Positions 52,701-64,000 of a DNA stretch of 64,000 bases are shown in pieces. This DNA is from Minutocellus sp. GHC0000111. Its lineage: Eukaryota. Under the pieces are notes generated by a model. The model saw nothing but the letters and a program-made list of their open reading frames with translations, ran no database searches and had not been told where the DNA came from. A program made the translations under genes and the position numbers. How positions within the stretch are numbered: the stretch's first letter is position 1; the number at the start of each line of letters is the position of its first letter. The stretch spans positions 1,302,001 through 1,366,000 of the forward strand of contig OZ361260.1 in the NCBI GenBank assembly GCA_977018835.1, in the 5' to 3' direction.

Positions 52701-55700
52701 GACTTACCCGAGTCTTACAATTCCACGATCGAAATTGCCCCAGTGCTCCCGCGCGAGTCATATTTAATAAACTTGCGCAATGCGTCAGGCGGAAGCCTTA
52801 CGTTGGTTGCCCAGGACCCGACCGACAACTCGACGCTTGTTGATGGAATTCAAGCCAACAGAACGCTCACTATTGATTATCCATTCAACGCATTGGAGCT
52901 TGAAGGCTCGCTACAAGAGCTGCTGATATCTGGATCTTCTAATGCGGAGACATCGAAGCAATGCGGAGAGCTCGGCACTACAAAATGCAGCAACGCCGTG
53001 CGCGTTTGGCAGCTGGGAGATACAGACGTTTTTGTTATCTTCTTCTTGGGCGAGCGTCTCAACTCCGATGTCTCAATAATAGAAATGGACACCTACGGCC
53101 TGAAAACTTTCGACGGTGAGCTTTTCCAGAATAGATCCAATGATCTTCTCTTCAAAAACTCGGATGTTGCCTATACCACCGTTGACACCTTGAATATCAA
53201 GATGGGGCACCAAGACATTGTGTGTAATATTCGCGGAACTTCAGCTGAGACGTTTATCACAACACAGGAGGGCGACGATCCTATTTTTATATCTTCAGAC
53301 GCCAGCGTCAGTGTCGAGGAGGCACGGAGCATTCCAATTATCTACGGTTGGCTAGATTATTTGCACAGGAATCTACACGTCGAAGCAGGTCTAGGCCGCC
53401 ATCGCCTGCTCATGTCTGACGAGTCCAGCGACGTTCCAAAAGGCCACGGGATCTATGGTTTTGCGCAGCTGAATTCAAGCAGCTTAAAGAACCTGACCGA
53501 TGATCTGGGCAACATATACTTCAATGCCGAGGATGGAAACTGGGCAGAAGGGGTAAATCTGTGGCTGAGCCCAGGTGATGATCATTTGGAAGTAACTTCA
53601 ATACCCACGATGTTGCCGTACCGAACGACAACCTCGGTGCATGCAGGGAACGGTGCTGATATTCTCATCATTGACTTAGATTCGATTGAGAACGATGGAG
53701 GTCAATTTGTTGGAAATGGACAAGGCGACAATGACATTTTGAATGCATCGTCATCTTCTCTCGATGTGATCCTATTTGGAGACGGTGGGAACGATATCCT
53801 TGTGGGAGGTTCAGGAGGAGACGTACTAATCGGCGACTTTGGTCGCGTCATGTGGGTCAATGAATCAACATCTTCTGTAGTTGCAGTCGCCGGTGGAGGT
53901 GGCTATGGAGACAGAACAGATGGGGTACGTCGAAGTATTCATTCCATTAGATCGTACTACTACACGAATTACTCGTCGGGAGAGGCCATAGTTGACGGTG
54001 GATGGGACATTCTAACTGGGGGTTCATCGCGAGACGTGCTCATCGGAGGTGATCTAAACGATACTATTGAGGGAGGCGATTGCTCTGACCTCATTTTTGG
54101 TGATTTCGGGACGCTTGAATTTGAAGTGGAAGCGCCCAATCTTGCCGGTGCAATGCAAATGTCAACAATTGATTGCAACCAAGGAGATTCAGATCGATTG
54201 CATGGAGACTATGGCGATGATGTTGTCATCGGTGGAGCCCAAGGCGATTATATTTCTGGTGGCTCTGGTGACGACGTTCTTGCTGGAGATTGCATTTCAG
54301 TACTTTTTGGCCAAACGGATTTTAATGTCACGAAAATTGATTCCTCTAATACAAGCATTGGCGGGGAGGACACTATTTATATGGGCCCTGGCGATGATAT
54401 TGCCATTGGGGGTGCATTCACCGATCATGTATACGGGGAGACGGGCAGAGACGTTATCGTAAGCATATTACTTGCTTCGCTTCAAAACTGCATGCTTTCA
54501 TTTGAACATGTTCCCTTTCTTATCTCTGTCAGCTAACACTCCTTTTACATTTTATTTCTCTCTTCACCCCCTCCCCCCCAGATTGGTGACTCTGCAGAGA
54601 TTCATCTAGAGGAGGGGAAAGTACCAAGTTCAGTTGTGACGAAAGCCTGCGAGGATGGAGACCATGACTTTCTGTACGGAGGACCAGGCGAAGTAGACTA
54701 TATCATTGGAGGTAGCTACAACGACACCATAGAAGGAAATGAGGGCATGGACATGGTATTTGGCGACCACGCACTTATATTATTCAATACAAGTCACCCA
54801 TACATGCTGAAATACGCTACAACGATTAACGCGACGTGTACTCCCGGAAGCGACAACATTACCCTTGGAGAGGGTGATGACATTGCATTTGGGGGTGCAT
54901 TTGGTGACGAGATCGATGGTGGAGAGGGGCAAGATATTATTCTGGGAGATTTTGGCCTGTACAATGCAGAGATCGAGTTCCTTCCCAATCAGCACTATGA
55001 AAGCATAATTGACTATCCCCATGTAGCTGGACCTGATGTAATATCAGGGGGTAACGGTGATGATATTCTCATGGGCCAAGAGGTACGAGCGATGTTCTGA
55101 TCTTATGCTATGCCAAAATTCGTGTTACAGTCGTTTGTATCTTTTATTGTGGCTCATATTCTTTTTTCATTTCATTTGAAACCTTTTGGATATTGAATTG
55201 TAGGCCAACGATACTATAAGTGGAGGGGGGGGGCAGTGATGATATTTACGGAGGTCACCACAAACGTCACGGCGAAGACATAGGCGACATACTTTCCGGA
55301 GGTGAAATGGATGATGTCATTCTCGGTGATAATGGTGGAATTATCAGGGAAATCTTCAACTTCACGTCAAGGTATCCATGGATCAATGGAATCGTTTGGA
55401 TAGCGTATCCCCAGCCATTTGACGATGGAAAGATTCGCGATGTTAGGCGCTACGATGACATCGACTTTGTTGAGGTAAGTCCAATGCGTTCAGTTTCAGA
55501 GTGCCTTCACCTAGCTAGGCATCTGCGAAGATACTGACACCTACTTTCAACTTCTCCTTTCGCTACAAATTCACAGGGAGACGACGAGATTCATGGCGAG
55601 TCTGGTAATGATGTTTTGCACGGACAAAGAGGAATCGATACCATCTTTGGTGGATCAGGCGAAGACGAGGTTTATGGAGAATTGGGTAGCGATATCCTAG

Positions 55701-58690
55701 ATGGCGGCACGGGCAACGACATCGTTCTTGGAGACATTGGCTACGCAGTGAGGCGTTATCACGATGGTACTTTGACGCCCATCCAAAATAGCAAAACGAA
55801 CAACGCTGATGGCCGTGACGTTTGGCACAAGGATATCATCCTCGAAGAAATCGGCAGGATAACCTGCGTGCACTAAATATCATCAGCAGTAGACACAGAA
55901 GAAGTCCGATCGGAAAATGTTATGTCTTCTTCTCTCCTCTTCGTAACGTCGGCATTCGATTCAACTGGAGACAAGGTGACGGACCAATCCAATGAATCAT
56001 GGCAAACTGACCTGCTCTGCTTTGAATTAGTTGAAAGTGATGATGACATTATTTCCGGCGGAGACGGGGATGATATTCTCATAGGACAACGCGGCGATTA
56101 CACCCTCTTCGGTAACGAAGGTGACGACGTCCTTATTGGCGATGGTGGATCAAACACCAACGCTGCAGTTGAGTCAACGGACATGCCCCAAATATTCCCC
56201 GTCTACAGGGCAATGGATTCTCCACCTCAGAGTGGCTACATAACTGATGCAACCGACTTTGGTGTGCTCTTTAACGCAGACTTCGAGCTTTACCCAGGTC
56301 AATATCGTGAGACCGAGCTCCTATCTTCTATCATCGACAAGGCCGTTAAGATGGCAGATGTTGTCAAGCCCGATCTTGTTCGAGATCTTATTGGAGTCTC
56401 ATCACTGAGTACACTGGAGGAAACTTGTATGCAGGCCATGTTTCGAATATCACCGGGCTTTATCCAACCGACACAAAGGATTCACAGAAATGATGATCTA
56501 TTCTCAGGCCCGGGCGACAACCTCTTGATTGGTGACGATATTAGAGGATTTAGCGGTCTGGATGTGACCGAGTTGTCAGATATCCAACGGGCAAGGGACA
56601 ATATCGACCGACTCATTTCAGATGTCGGGGATCAAATTTCTACCATCGAAGTAGACACCGAAATATATTCGAATTGGGCCAACCATACGGGGTCGAATGG
56701 TGCGGTCGTCCCACAACTCATTGTCGGTTGCGACAACATAACAACAAACTCAAGCGGTACAGGTCTGGTGACCGGAGACTCGCTTACACTCGTTTGGGGT
56801 ACATCGTTAGGAACAATGTTCGGTGAAGATAACACTATCACGAGCAAGGTTCAGCAGATATTGGAGAGGCTTAGGGACATTGAATTTGTTCTGATGAGAA
56901 TTCACATGACCTTCTTTGAGATTCACGATAGCCTCCTTCGACGCGCAGCGGAAGACAGCACAATTCCTTATCTCAAAGACGGACAGCTATCAACCCACGA
57001 GCTCAAATTAGCAGATGACATGATTGAAGCTTACGGGGACGGGGACATCATCATCGGCGACTCCATGACTTTGTTCTTCCAAGCTGATAAGAGTGCTTTT
57101 CCGTTCGAGTCGCTGAAAGATTCTGAAAACACCCAGTCTCTGACCAAGGCTCTGAGTGTTATCCAGACTAGGAGAGACGACGAGTTGGAATCTCTCGTCA
57201 CCAGTCGATACGATCCAAAGGATTCTCCCCTCAGTAATACCGCGAAGACAGATATACCGTTTTACGACGTTCCCTTCCTAACTTCAACTGCCAACGACTA
57301 CATTTACCTCGGAGAAAATGCTATTCTTGCTGCAGGTGACTATGCCTTCATTGGCGTAGTAGCAACCGAACAAGACCCAGAAAACAAGCAAATCATACAA
57401 AAGTCCTTGACTGATTTCATCACAAGCGTCCACACTCTTGGGAAAATTCCCAGTGTCGAAGTTTTCAACGAGAAACAGGAAATTTTCAAGATCGACACTT
57501 ATCGTCAGCGATATGGATCTGACATTGTTAAGCAGACAGAACCTGTGTTCCATGGCGATACCTTTGTTGGAGAATCATCAGAAAACACAATTCTTGGGGA
57601 CTTTCTTACCATGAGTGTATTTCATCTCGCTGGTGCTGATTCTTTGGAGATCGATGCGAGCTCCAACGCATTTGGCGAATACCAAAATGCCTATATTGCC
57701 ACACAAATCTCCCCTGACACCTTCCGTGTCAATGGCGATGGTGAGCCTCTCGCCCGCAAGCAGACACAGAACGATATTGTGGAGGGTCAAATCGACTCAA
57801 ACTCCAAACCCGATGAAAGGATTTTGGCACATGCCAAAATTCTTTTCCTGAGGCATACCCTGGCAAAGCAAATGGAAGAGGACGTGTTTAGCGATTTCGT
57901 GCGAAGAGATACTCGTGACGATCTAGGAGAAGAACTTTACTGCACGGACCCAATCATCAGCAGCTTCATTCCATCTCGTGATACTATATCCGCCAGTACA
58001 GCCCTCTACATTAACAGCCCATCGTCATCTTTGGAGGCTCAACCAGACGACCCATACAAAGTAGTCCATGAAACATCAGTGAGGAACGAGTCTCCAGAGA
58101 CCCACATTGGTATCGAGGCCGAGGCCACAATATCCTCTGACGTTTTCGTTCATGAGACAAGAGAGCATAATGACATGCCCCCAGCGGCATCAGAGCCACT
58201 CGAGAGTGGCACGCCTTCATTGGCACCTGCAGTGTTTTCTGAGGTCACAACATCTACCTCTGACGTTTTCATTCATGAGACAAGAGAGCAGAATGACATG
58301 CCCCCAGCGGCACCAGAGCCACTCGAGAGTGGCACGCCTTCATTGGCACCTACAGTGTATTTCGAGGCTTCGAGCACGAGTCAAACCCCGTCGGCAAATC
58401 CCTCAAGAGTGGATGTACCACAGGCACCGATTAATTTTATGAATCCCTCTGCACTGCTCAGTACCTCTCTCTCTCAAAAGCCTTCTGTAATCCCATCGCT
58501 GTCATCCGACGCTCCGTCGCTATTTCCTACGGAAGGACCATCGTCTACTTGTACTCGAGATGGCAGCACTGGCTGCAAAAAAGTCACGTGCTGTTCTGGA
58601 CCTGGTCAATGTTGTGGAAGTGGGAAAAAGGCGGTCTGCTGCAGTGCTGGACAATCATGCAGAAAGAATAAATGTGTCTCTACTAGCTAG
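31800..58690 (+). CDS. Giant (~8,000 aa) secreted or surface RTX Ca-binding adhesin-like protein, about 15 introns; several frameshifts and one in-frame stop in this assembly
   Basis: Contiguous + strand ORFs are joined by GT-AG introns, e.g. 34903-35053, 35486-35608, 36613-36734, 37899-38022, 40404-40527, 46242-46400, 54459-54580 and 55083-55203. The sequence is acidic and beta-rich with many GGxGxDxL and xGD motifs from 49.0 to 57.6 kb. It ends in a Pro/Ser stalk and Cys-rich tail. Confidence 0.8.
58133..58368 (+). repeat. In-frame 123-bp (41-aa) duplication in the Pro/Ser-rich stalk
   Basis: CTCTGACGTTTTC starts at 58135 and 58258. Confidence 0.92.
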
Positions 58691-59220
58691 CTCTAGACCC
58701 CAATATCAATAAATTAGAAACCCAATCCAACTTATGAAACATTTTTGTTTCGTATCGTGGTACCTAGCTAGGGTAGGTACAGGGGAACGCGTAGTCATAC
58801 TTGCTACGTAGCGATCTGACTAGCTAGCTACTAGCTACGCACGTAGCTAAATGTAGCCAGATACCTTAAGGGTGGGTGCCTGGGGCCTGGATGGAGTGAC
58901 GTTTTCCCGTCCTGGCTCACGGGAAGTCCGATCGGGGTCAATGTAGTAGGTCGTCCGGGGGTACGGTACCAGCATCACTGCCTAGCAGATCACACGAAGA
59001 TAAGCCAGACTCGTCTTCTCCTCATGCCCGTCTAAACTTTGGTAGTCTAATAGAATAGAATAGAATAGAATGTAGCCAGATACCTTGAAAGGTAAGCAAG
59101 GGCTGACTCGACTCGACTCGACTTGCGCAGGCCTACATGTACACGTAGACCTAGACCTAGATAGATTCCAGTAGCCTGCGTCGGACGTCAACATGATTTT
59201 TGCTCTTTGGCTCTTTGCCC

Positions 59221-59288
59221 AAAGCCCGGGACGATAGGATAGCCAACGAAGCGCTTTGCCGATGATTCATAAACCCCATCGAATGCAT
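59221..59288 (-). pseudogene. ~68-bp fragment copied from the VAT-1-like gene (27071-27137)
   Basis: AAAGCCCGGGACGAT(a/g)GGATAGCCAACGAAGCGCTT...AAACCCCATCGAATGCAT matches both sites. Confidence 0.9.
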
Positions 59289-59569
59289 CCGCACACCCGC
59301 ATGGGCCCGGGTGCCCTCTAAAATTTTCTGGAACGACGAAGACTCAGAGGGGACCAAGGGCCACCCCCCCCCCCAAAATTAGTTATTGAATGTATACGGC
59401 ATGAAAATGTTAAATCATCCTGTCTTATTTTTGTCGCACAGCATGGTGGCATGAATGGTTAAGGATTGGCGGGCAGACTCTCTCCCTTCTTTCCCCCTTT
59501 GTATGTTTCTGTATGACGTTACGATCAGACATTTTCAAATTTATTTGTCTTCATTGATTGTTGAAAAAT

Positions 59570-60700
59570 CGCACGTTTCACACAACATTCCTGGATCTGA
59601 TGAGGCCTTTCCGCCACATTCTGTTGTTGAGTGCTTCTTCTAGCTCTTGTGTGGTCATCTTAAATTTCTTTGCCCAGGCTAGGAGCTCATCTTTCTCCTC
59701 CTCCGTCCACTCTAGAGCCATGGTGTTCTCATCGAGTCGTCGTGCATCCCACTTCGTTCGCAATTCAACTTTCTTGTAAGGGGTCTTCCCGTCTCTCTCT
59801 GTAGTGTTAGGTTCATGACTCTGTGACGATTCATGTTGGCGCCGGTGAAGTAGATGGCAGAGTCGAGAGCGCCTGTTCCCGCTGTTGTTGCTCTTGAGAC
59901 TCCCATGTACAGCAAGCCTGGGTTTCCACTTCCATTCTTAGAGTGCCTGGATCAAAGAACACACAGTCCACTGCACTTTTTGGCTGTCCATCCTCCACTG
60001 GTCCTGCTGACTGACCTTGGAACGTGTGAGCTGTCATTCCGTAGGAGAGCACTAGAGGGCAGAAAGTGACAGTGCAGCACCCTTTGTTGCATCGTCTCTG
60101 CAGCATTGGCACTGGCACAACTTTTGGGTCTTCCGTAAAGAATTGAATTTCCAAAAGCTATGAGGACAAAGATTCTGGAATAGGATGCAAGCAAGAAGAA
60201 CCATCATCACTCACTGATCGTTTCCGTCCTGAAGCGTTCTGGGCCATGCAAACGCCACCTCTAAGACGGCGGTGCACTGAGAGAGTGCTGCCATCATGAA
60301 CACACCAAGCAAACGAATCTCTACTGATCGAGATCTGAATCTTGTTCATGGGGAGCTTAGGGCTTGTGACCCTTCCAGGTCTAGGGGAGTGTCAGACGGC
60401 AGCCCTGTTGACCCACTAACTACAGTGTTTGTGTTCACTAGAGTGTTGGGTCTGGTAGGACATGAGATCGGAGGAGCGGCCAGCAATGCGAGAGACGCAC
60501 GCATGAGTCCTTTCGAAGGGGACAACCCCAAATGTGTCTACAGGAGTCGTCATCAAGGTGGTGGCAGTGGTTCACGATGATGCTCGTCTTGCTCGGCGGT
60601 GCCCTGCTTTCTTCGGCATAATCAGCTGCTATGGCAGTGGGCATGCATGGCAGGCAGGTCACAGCATGGATGTTGTGCCCTTCGCCGGTTGTCAAGATTT
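59570..60700 (-). mobile_element. Degenerate Pif1-family helicase remnant, probably Helitron-type RepHel
   Basis: PLVLSYGMTAHTFQGQS and LYMGVSRATT match Pif1 C-terminal motifs, and upstream GHNIH is motif-Ib-like. The region has many frameshifts. Confidence 0.75.
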
Positions 60701-61059
60701 GGCCGTTTGCTTTCGAGCGATTCTCCTACTCCTAGCTAGCTAGCAACTGATTTGTAACATTGTTCAAAGGCACCAATCGACTATGTCTTTGTCTGAATGA
60801 GGGCTTCAAAAAGCTTACTTGTGGATGCGTGATGATGTCTTTCTTCGTGTTGCTCTTTTGATCATCTGTTCGTTTGATTGGCTTTGGTTCTACAATCCAA
60901 AATGTGTGAGAAAGTGTGTGCAACGCAAGGCATCCAATTCAAACAAATGCATGTGTGGATGGCGAGAGGATTTACGAAAGCAAACATGCAAATCAATGCG
61001 CAATCACAAAGTCGGCCTACGGTTCTCATTTGCTAATCAATCGTGTCTTTCGAGCCTGA

Positions 61060-62562
61060 ACCGCGTAAACCATTCGCATCAGTCGCATGCCCTGTCTCAC
61101 CTTGATTTACTTTCGTGATGCGCCTTTAATTGTTTTTCAGTTTCTTCCCTTTTGCTGCTAGCAAGTCGTCCTTCGTCGTTGTTGACGACAATGCTCCAGC
61201 CAGATCTGTGTTGTGTGTTCAGTGTTCGGGATGAGGAGACATCAACTCTCTTTTTGCGAGCGCTCTCATCAACAGACTCTAATGCCTCGCGCGATGGCGC
61301 CGTAGCGGTGACAAGCCTGCATCAAAGAGGCGTTCTCGTTGCCGCAACGACGCCCGGCACACCTCGCTGTGTCTCGGTAACCTCAAAAATCACTTCTAGC
61401 GACTATTTACGAGAGTGAGTCGAGTGAGTCCGTCGAGTCAGTGCAGTCGAGTCGTCGTCGCACCGGTGCACACACTCTGGCAATAAAAGAAGAAAAGGTA
61501 TATGCCAGGTACATGCATGTAGATCTACGGTTACCGATAGGGACGGCACCGTCCGTCAACTTACTAGCTAGTATCAATTCCTAGAAATCCTTTCTAGAGA
61601 TCTACCGATAAAAGGCGTCTAGATCTACGACAAAATCGTAGAGAGAGAGCGTTTTCACGAGAGAGCAGACACCCCCTCCGCGATGTTTCGTAAATGTTGT
61701 ACCAACTCGATTTTATTGCATCATTTATCTTAGAAGGGTGTTGTAGAGCATAATCAACAATAAAATCGTGTTGGTGCAATGTTCTCGGGGTACTTTACTA
61801 ACAAGTCACTGTGTTTGGATCCGAGATTTTTGGGGTCGAATTAGTGGCTTCATTTTTGTCGCCACGAAAAATTGCGCATAAAAATATTTTCTAGTGGCTA
61901 ATATTTTCGGCGATTTTGTCGGCGGTCTCGTGAAAACGCTCTAGAGAGACCACACATGCCGCAAGCCCTGCCTGCCTGAAAATTTTCTTCGGGTTCACGA
62001 TACCGGTAGGTAGATCTACTACCGGTTGATCTACCGTAGTTGTCTATGTCGCCCATCCTGAATCTTGCGCAATATTCATTGTAAATCGAGGTAGATCTAC
62101 CCGTGATTTCCTTCCATCTTATTGGTACTTGGATTCAAACGAAATTGCTGAAAACAAAATCAAGCCAAAATGAACGAATGGGCTGCCTCTCCCTCTCCTT
62201 TAGGCAAACAATTCATTGAGATAACGCTTGTAGAGGGCCATGTACTTTGCCAGAAATGCCTCGAGGTGGAAGATATCCTTGCTGCCCATGGCAATCCGGT
62301 GCTCGTAAAAGGCCGCCGCCTCGACAACCTCGTGCTTGAGAGAGTCGTCCAGATTCCTCATGAGCTCCAGAGCGAGGGTCTTGATGATGACTTCGGCGGG
62401 GATGCAGTTGATGAGGAGCTCGTACAGCTTCTCCCTGGCCGAGAGGAGGTGCTGAGGACTTTGGTTGCGCGTGACGTCGGCGGCCAGCTGCTTGATGTAT
62501 ACCTCCCAGTCCGTCTGCAGGACGGGAGTATCGGCCTTGAGGCCGCCACCGTTCGGGTCGCG
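61060..62562. repeat. Segmental duplication copy 2 (paralog at about 28450-29586)
   Basis: Colinear with copy 1 apart from the MITE and small indels. Confidence 0.92.
61647..61941. mobile_element. 295-bp MITE with 16-bp TIRs and 8-bp target-site duplication
   Basis: TIRs GAGCGTTTTCACGAGA (61647-61662) and TCTCGTGAAAACGCTC (61926-61941). TAGAGAGA flanks both ends (61639-61646, 61942-61949), and the paralogous site at ~28969 is empty. Confidence 0.9.
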
Positions 62563-63586
62563 ATTTTGAACGTAGCAGGACTCGAACATGAGGACGGCTC
62601 TGCGGAGGTTGCGGCTGGAATCACGAGCGATGTTGACGCAAAGCTCGTCGGGGAGGGTGACCTGCTCCTTTCGAGACACGTGCTTGAGAACGCGGCAGAT
62701 CTGCATTTTACACAAAGAGATGGGTGACAATATAACGACAACAGATTTATTGTGAGGCATACTCAGCATATCACTACCAACGCCCAAAGATCCTAGAACA
62801 GATTTCATGCAACATCCATCTCATTCCGTTCAGATGTCCGTCGATCCCTGCCATCGCCAGAAAAAAAATCGATCAAGAACGTGCAATTCTTCCTCCAATG
62901 CGAATGCCAATGACAATAATATTACTCACATCATCATGGCTGGGAGCAGGGACGCGGATGCCGAGACACCTCGACCGGACGGGATCAATGACCTTGGACT
63001 GGTTGTTGCAGCACAGGATGAGGCGGCAGCTGGCGCTGTACTTCTCCATGGTCCGACGGAGGGCCGCCTGGGCCTGCCGGCTGAGCTTGTCCACCTCGAC
63101 CAGGACGACGACCTTGTAGTCTACCTTGTTCTTGCCCCGGCCGGTCGACTTGGTGGCACCGCCCTCGGCGCCACCGTCTCCGCCACTCTTGCTGCTGGCG
63201 CCGAGCGACGTGGCGGCGCTGGAAATGTTCCGGTTGGCCGCCATCTCCTTGATGACCTCCTGCACGACGTAGCGGTCGTTGATGCCGGCGTCTCCGGGGC
63301 TGATCTCGATGTGGTAGTTGGAGCTGATCATGTTGATCTCGATGGACCGCTTGGTCGGGGTGGTGAAGGTCCGCTTGTCGAGGCGGAGGCGCTGGGATCC
63401 CGGGCCGTAGATCTCGCGGAGGAGGGACATGATCCGCGTCTTCTTCCCGGCGCCGGGGGGTCCGTAAAACATGAGGTGGGGGAGGGAGTGGGGGTCGGCC
63501 GCCAGCGATTGGAGACGGGCGGTCGTCTCCGGGTGGTACGACAGCTGCTTGAGCTGGTTCGGCCGGTGCTTGTCTACCCAAAGCAT
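62200..63586 (-). CDS. RFC3: Replication factor C 38-kDa subunit (human RFC3 / yeast RFC5); exons 63586-62930 and 62700-62200
   Basis: MLWVDKHRP, YGPPGAGKKTR, AQAALRRTMEKY, SRCL and IFHLEAF motifs. Confidence 0.96.
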
Positions 63587-64000
63587 GGCTGTATTATGAT
63601 CGGAGGAGAGAGACAATAATGCCGTGCGGTTGATTGCTGTACTGTATGCGAGGCGGCGGGTATGTCATGGAGGTTGGTGAAAAATGAGCCAGGCTGCCGA
63701 GGCCGCCAAAAGGTGCGAAAAAAATTGATGAGCGGGCTGGCGTGTGGCGGGTGCGGGAGATTCAAATTTCGGCACTCGCGGCGGCCTCCTATCCTCAGCT
63801 TCACAGTCAGTCCAGACGAGTCCGAGTTCAAGTCGAGAGGATAAGAGAGTCACCTTTAGTATACATCGTGGGACTGATCTTCGCTCATCTCCTACTCCTT
63901 GTGAGGCCCGAGCTTGACTTGTTTGGAACACATTTTGTGCCGGTTTTGACATCGTCATAAGCAATCGCAACACGTACACAACATGGCCGGCGGCGGTGCG

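Noticed and set aside
55874..55876. Programmed stop-codon readthrough or an alternative genetic code
   Set aside because: TAA terminates other genes in the window, and the same gene has several other lesions, so mutation or error is simpler.
31800..58690. Bacterial contamination as the source of the RTX gene
   Set aside because: The gene has many canonical GT-AG introns with pyrimidine tracts and RXL motifs, and it is embedded among eukaryotic genes.

Overview
This is eukaryotic DNA with short GT-AG introns, most likely from a diatom or related stramenopile; the evidence is bipartite plastid-type presequences and RXL motifs. The left half is gene-dense housekeeping sequence: an O-fucosyltransferase, a mitochondrial-type cold-shock protein, ALG9, RPN1/PSMD2, a CIA30-domain protein, JMJD6, a PNPOx-like protein, FAM32A, tRNA-Thr(CGU), an SPX-MFS transporter, a Sec6-like protein and a VAT-1-like reductase. 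RFC3 lies at the right end. Two accessory blocks stand out. (1) About 2.76-9.29 kb is a repeat-rich insert with 132-, 186- and ~190-bp tandem repeats and TCAGGG/TTAGGG telomere-like tracts. It carries a degenerate gene with a Zn-binding region, a putative cryptic tyrosine recombinase and a RecQ-type helicase start, resembling fungal telomere-linked helicases. (2) About 31.8-58.7 kb is a single ~27-kb gene with about 15 introns for a ~8,000-aa bacterial-adhesin-like RTX protein studded with RXL motifs. It sits between two copies of a duplicated segment containing the RFC3 3' end; the right side also carries a Pif1/Helitron-like remnant, a MITE and filler fragments. All family assignments come from motif recognition by eye; no database searches were run.
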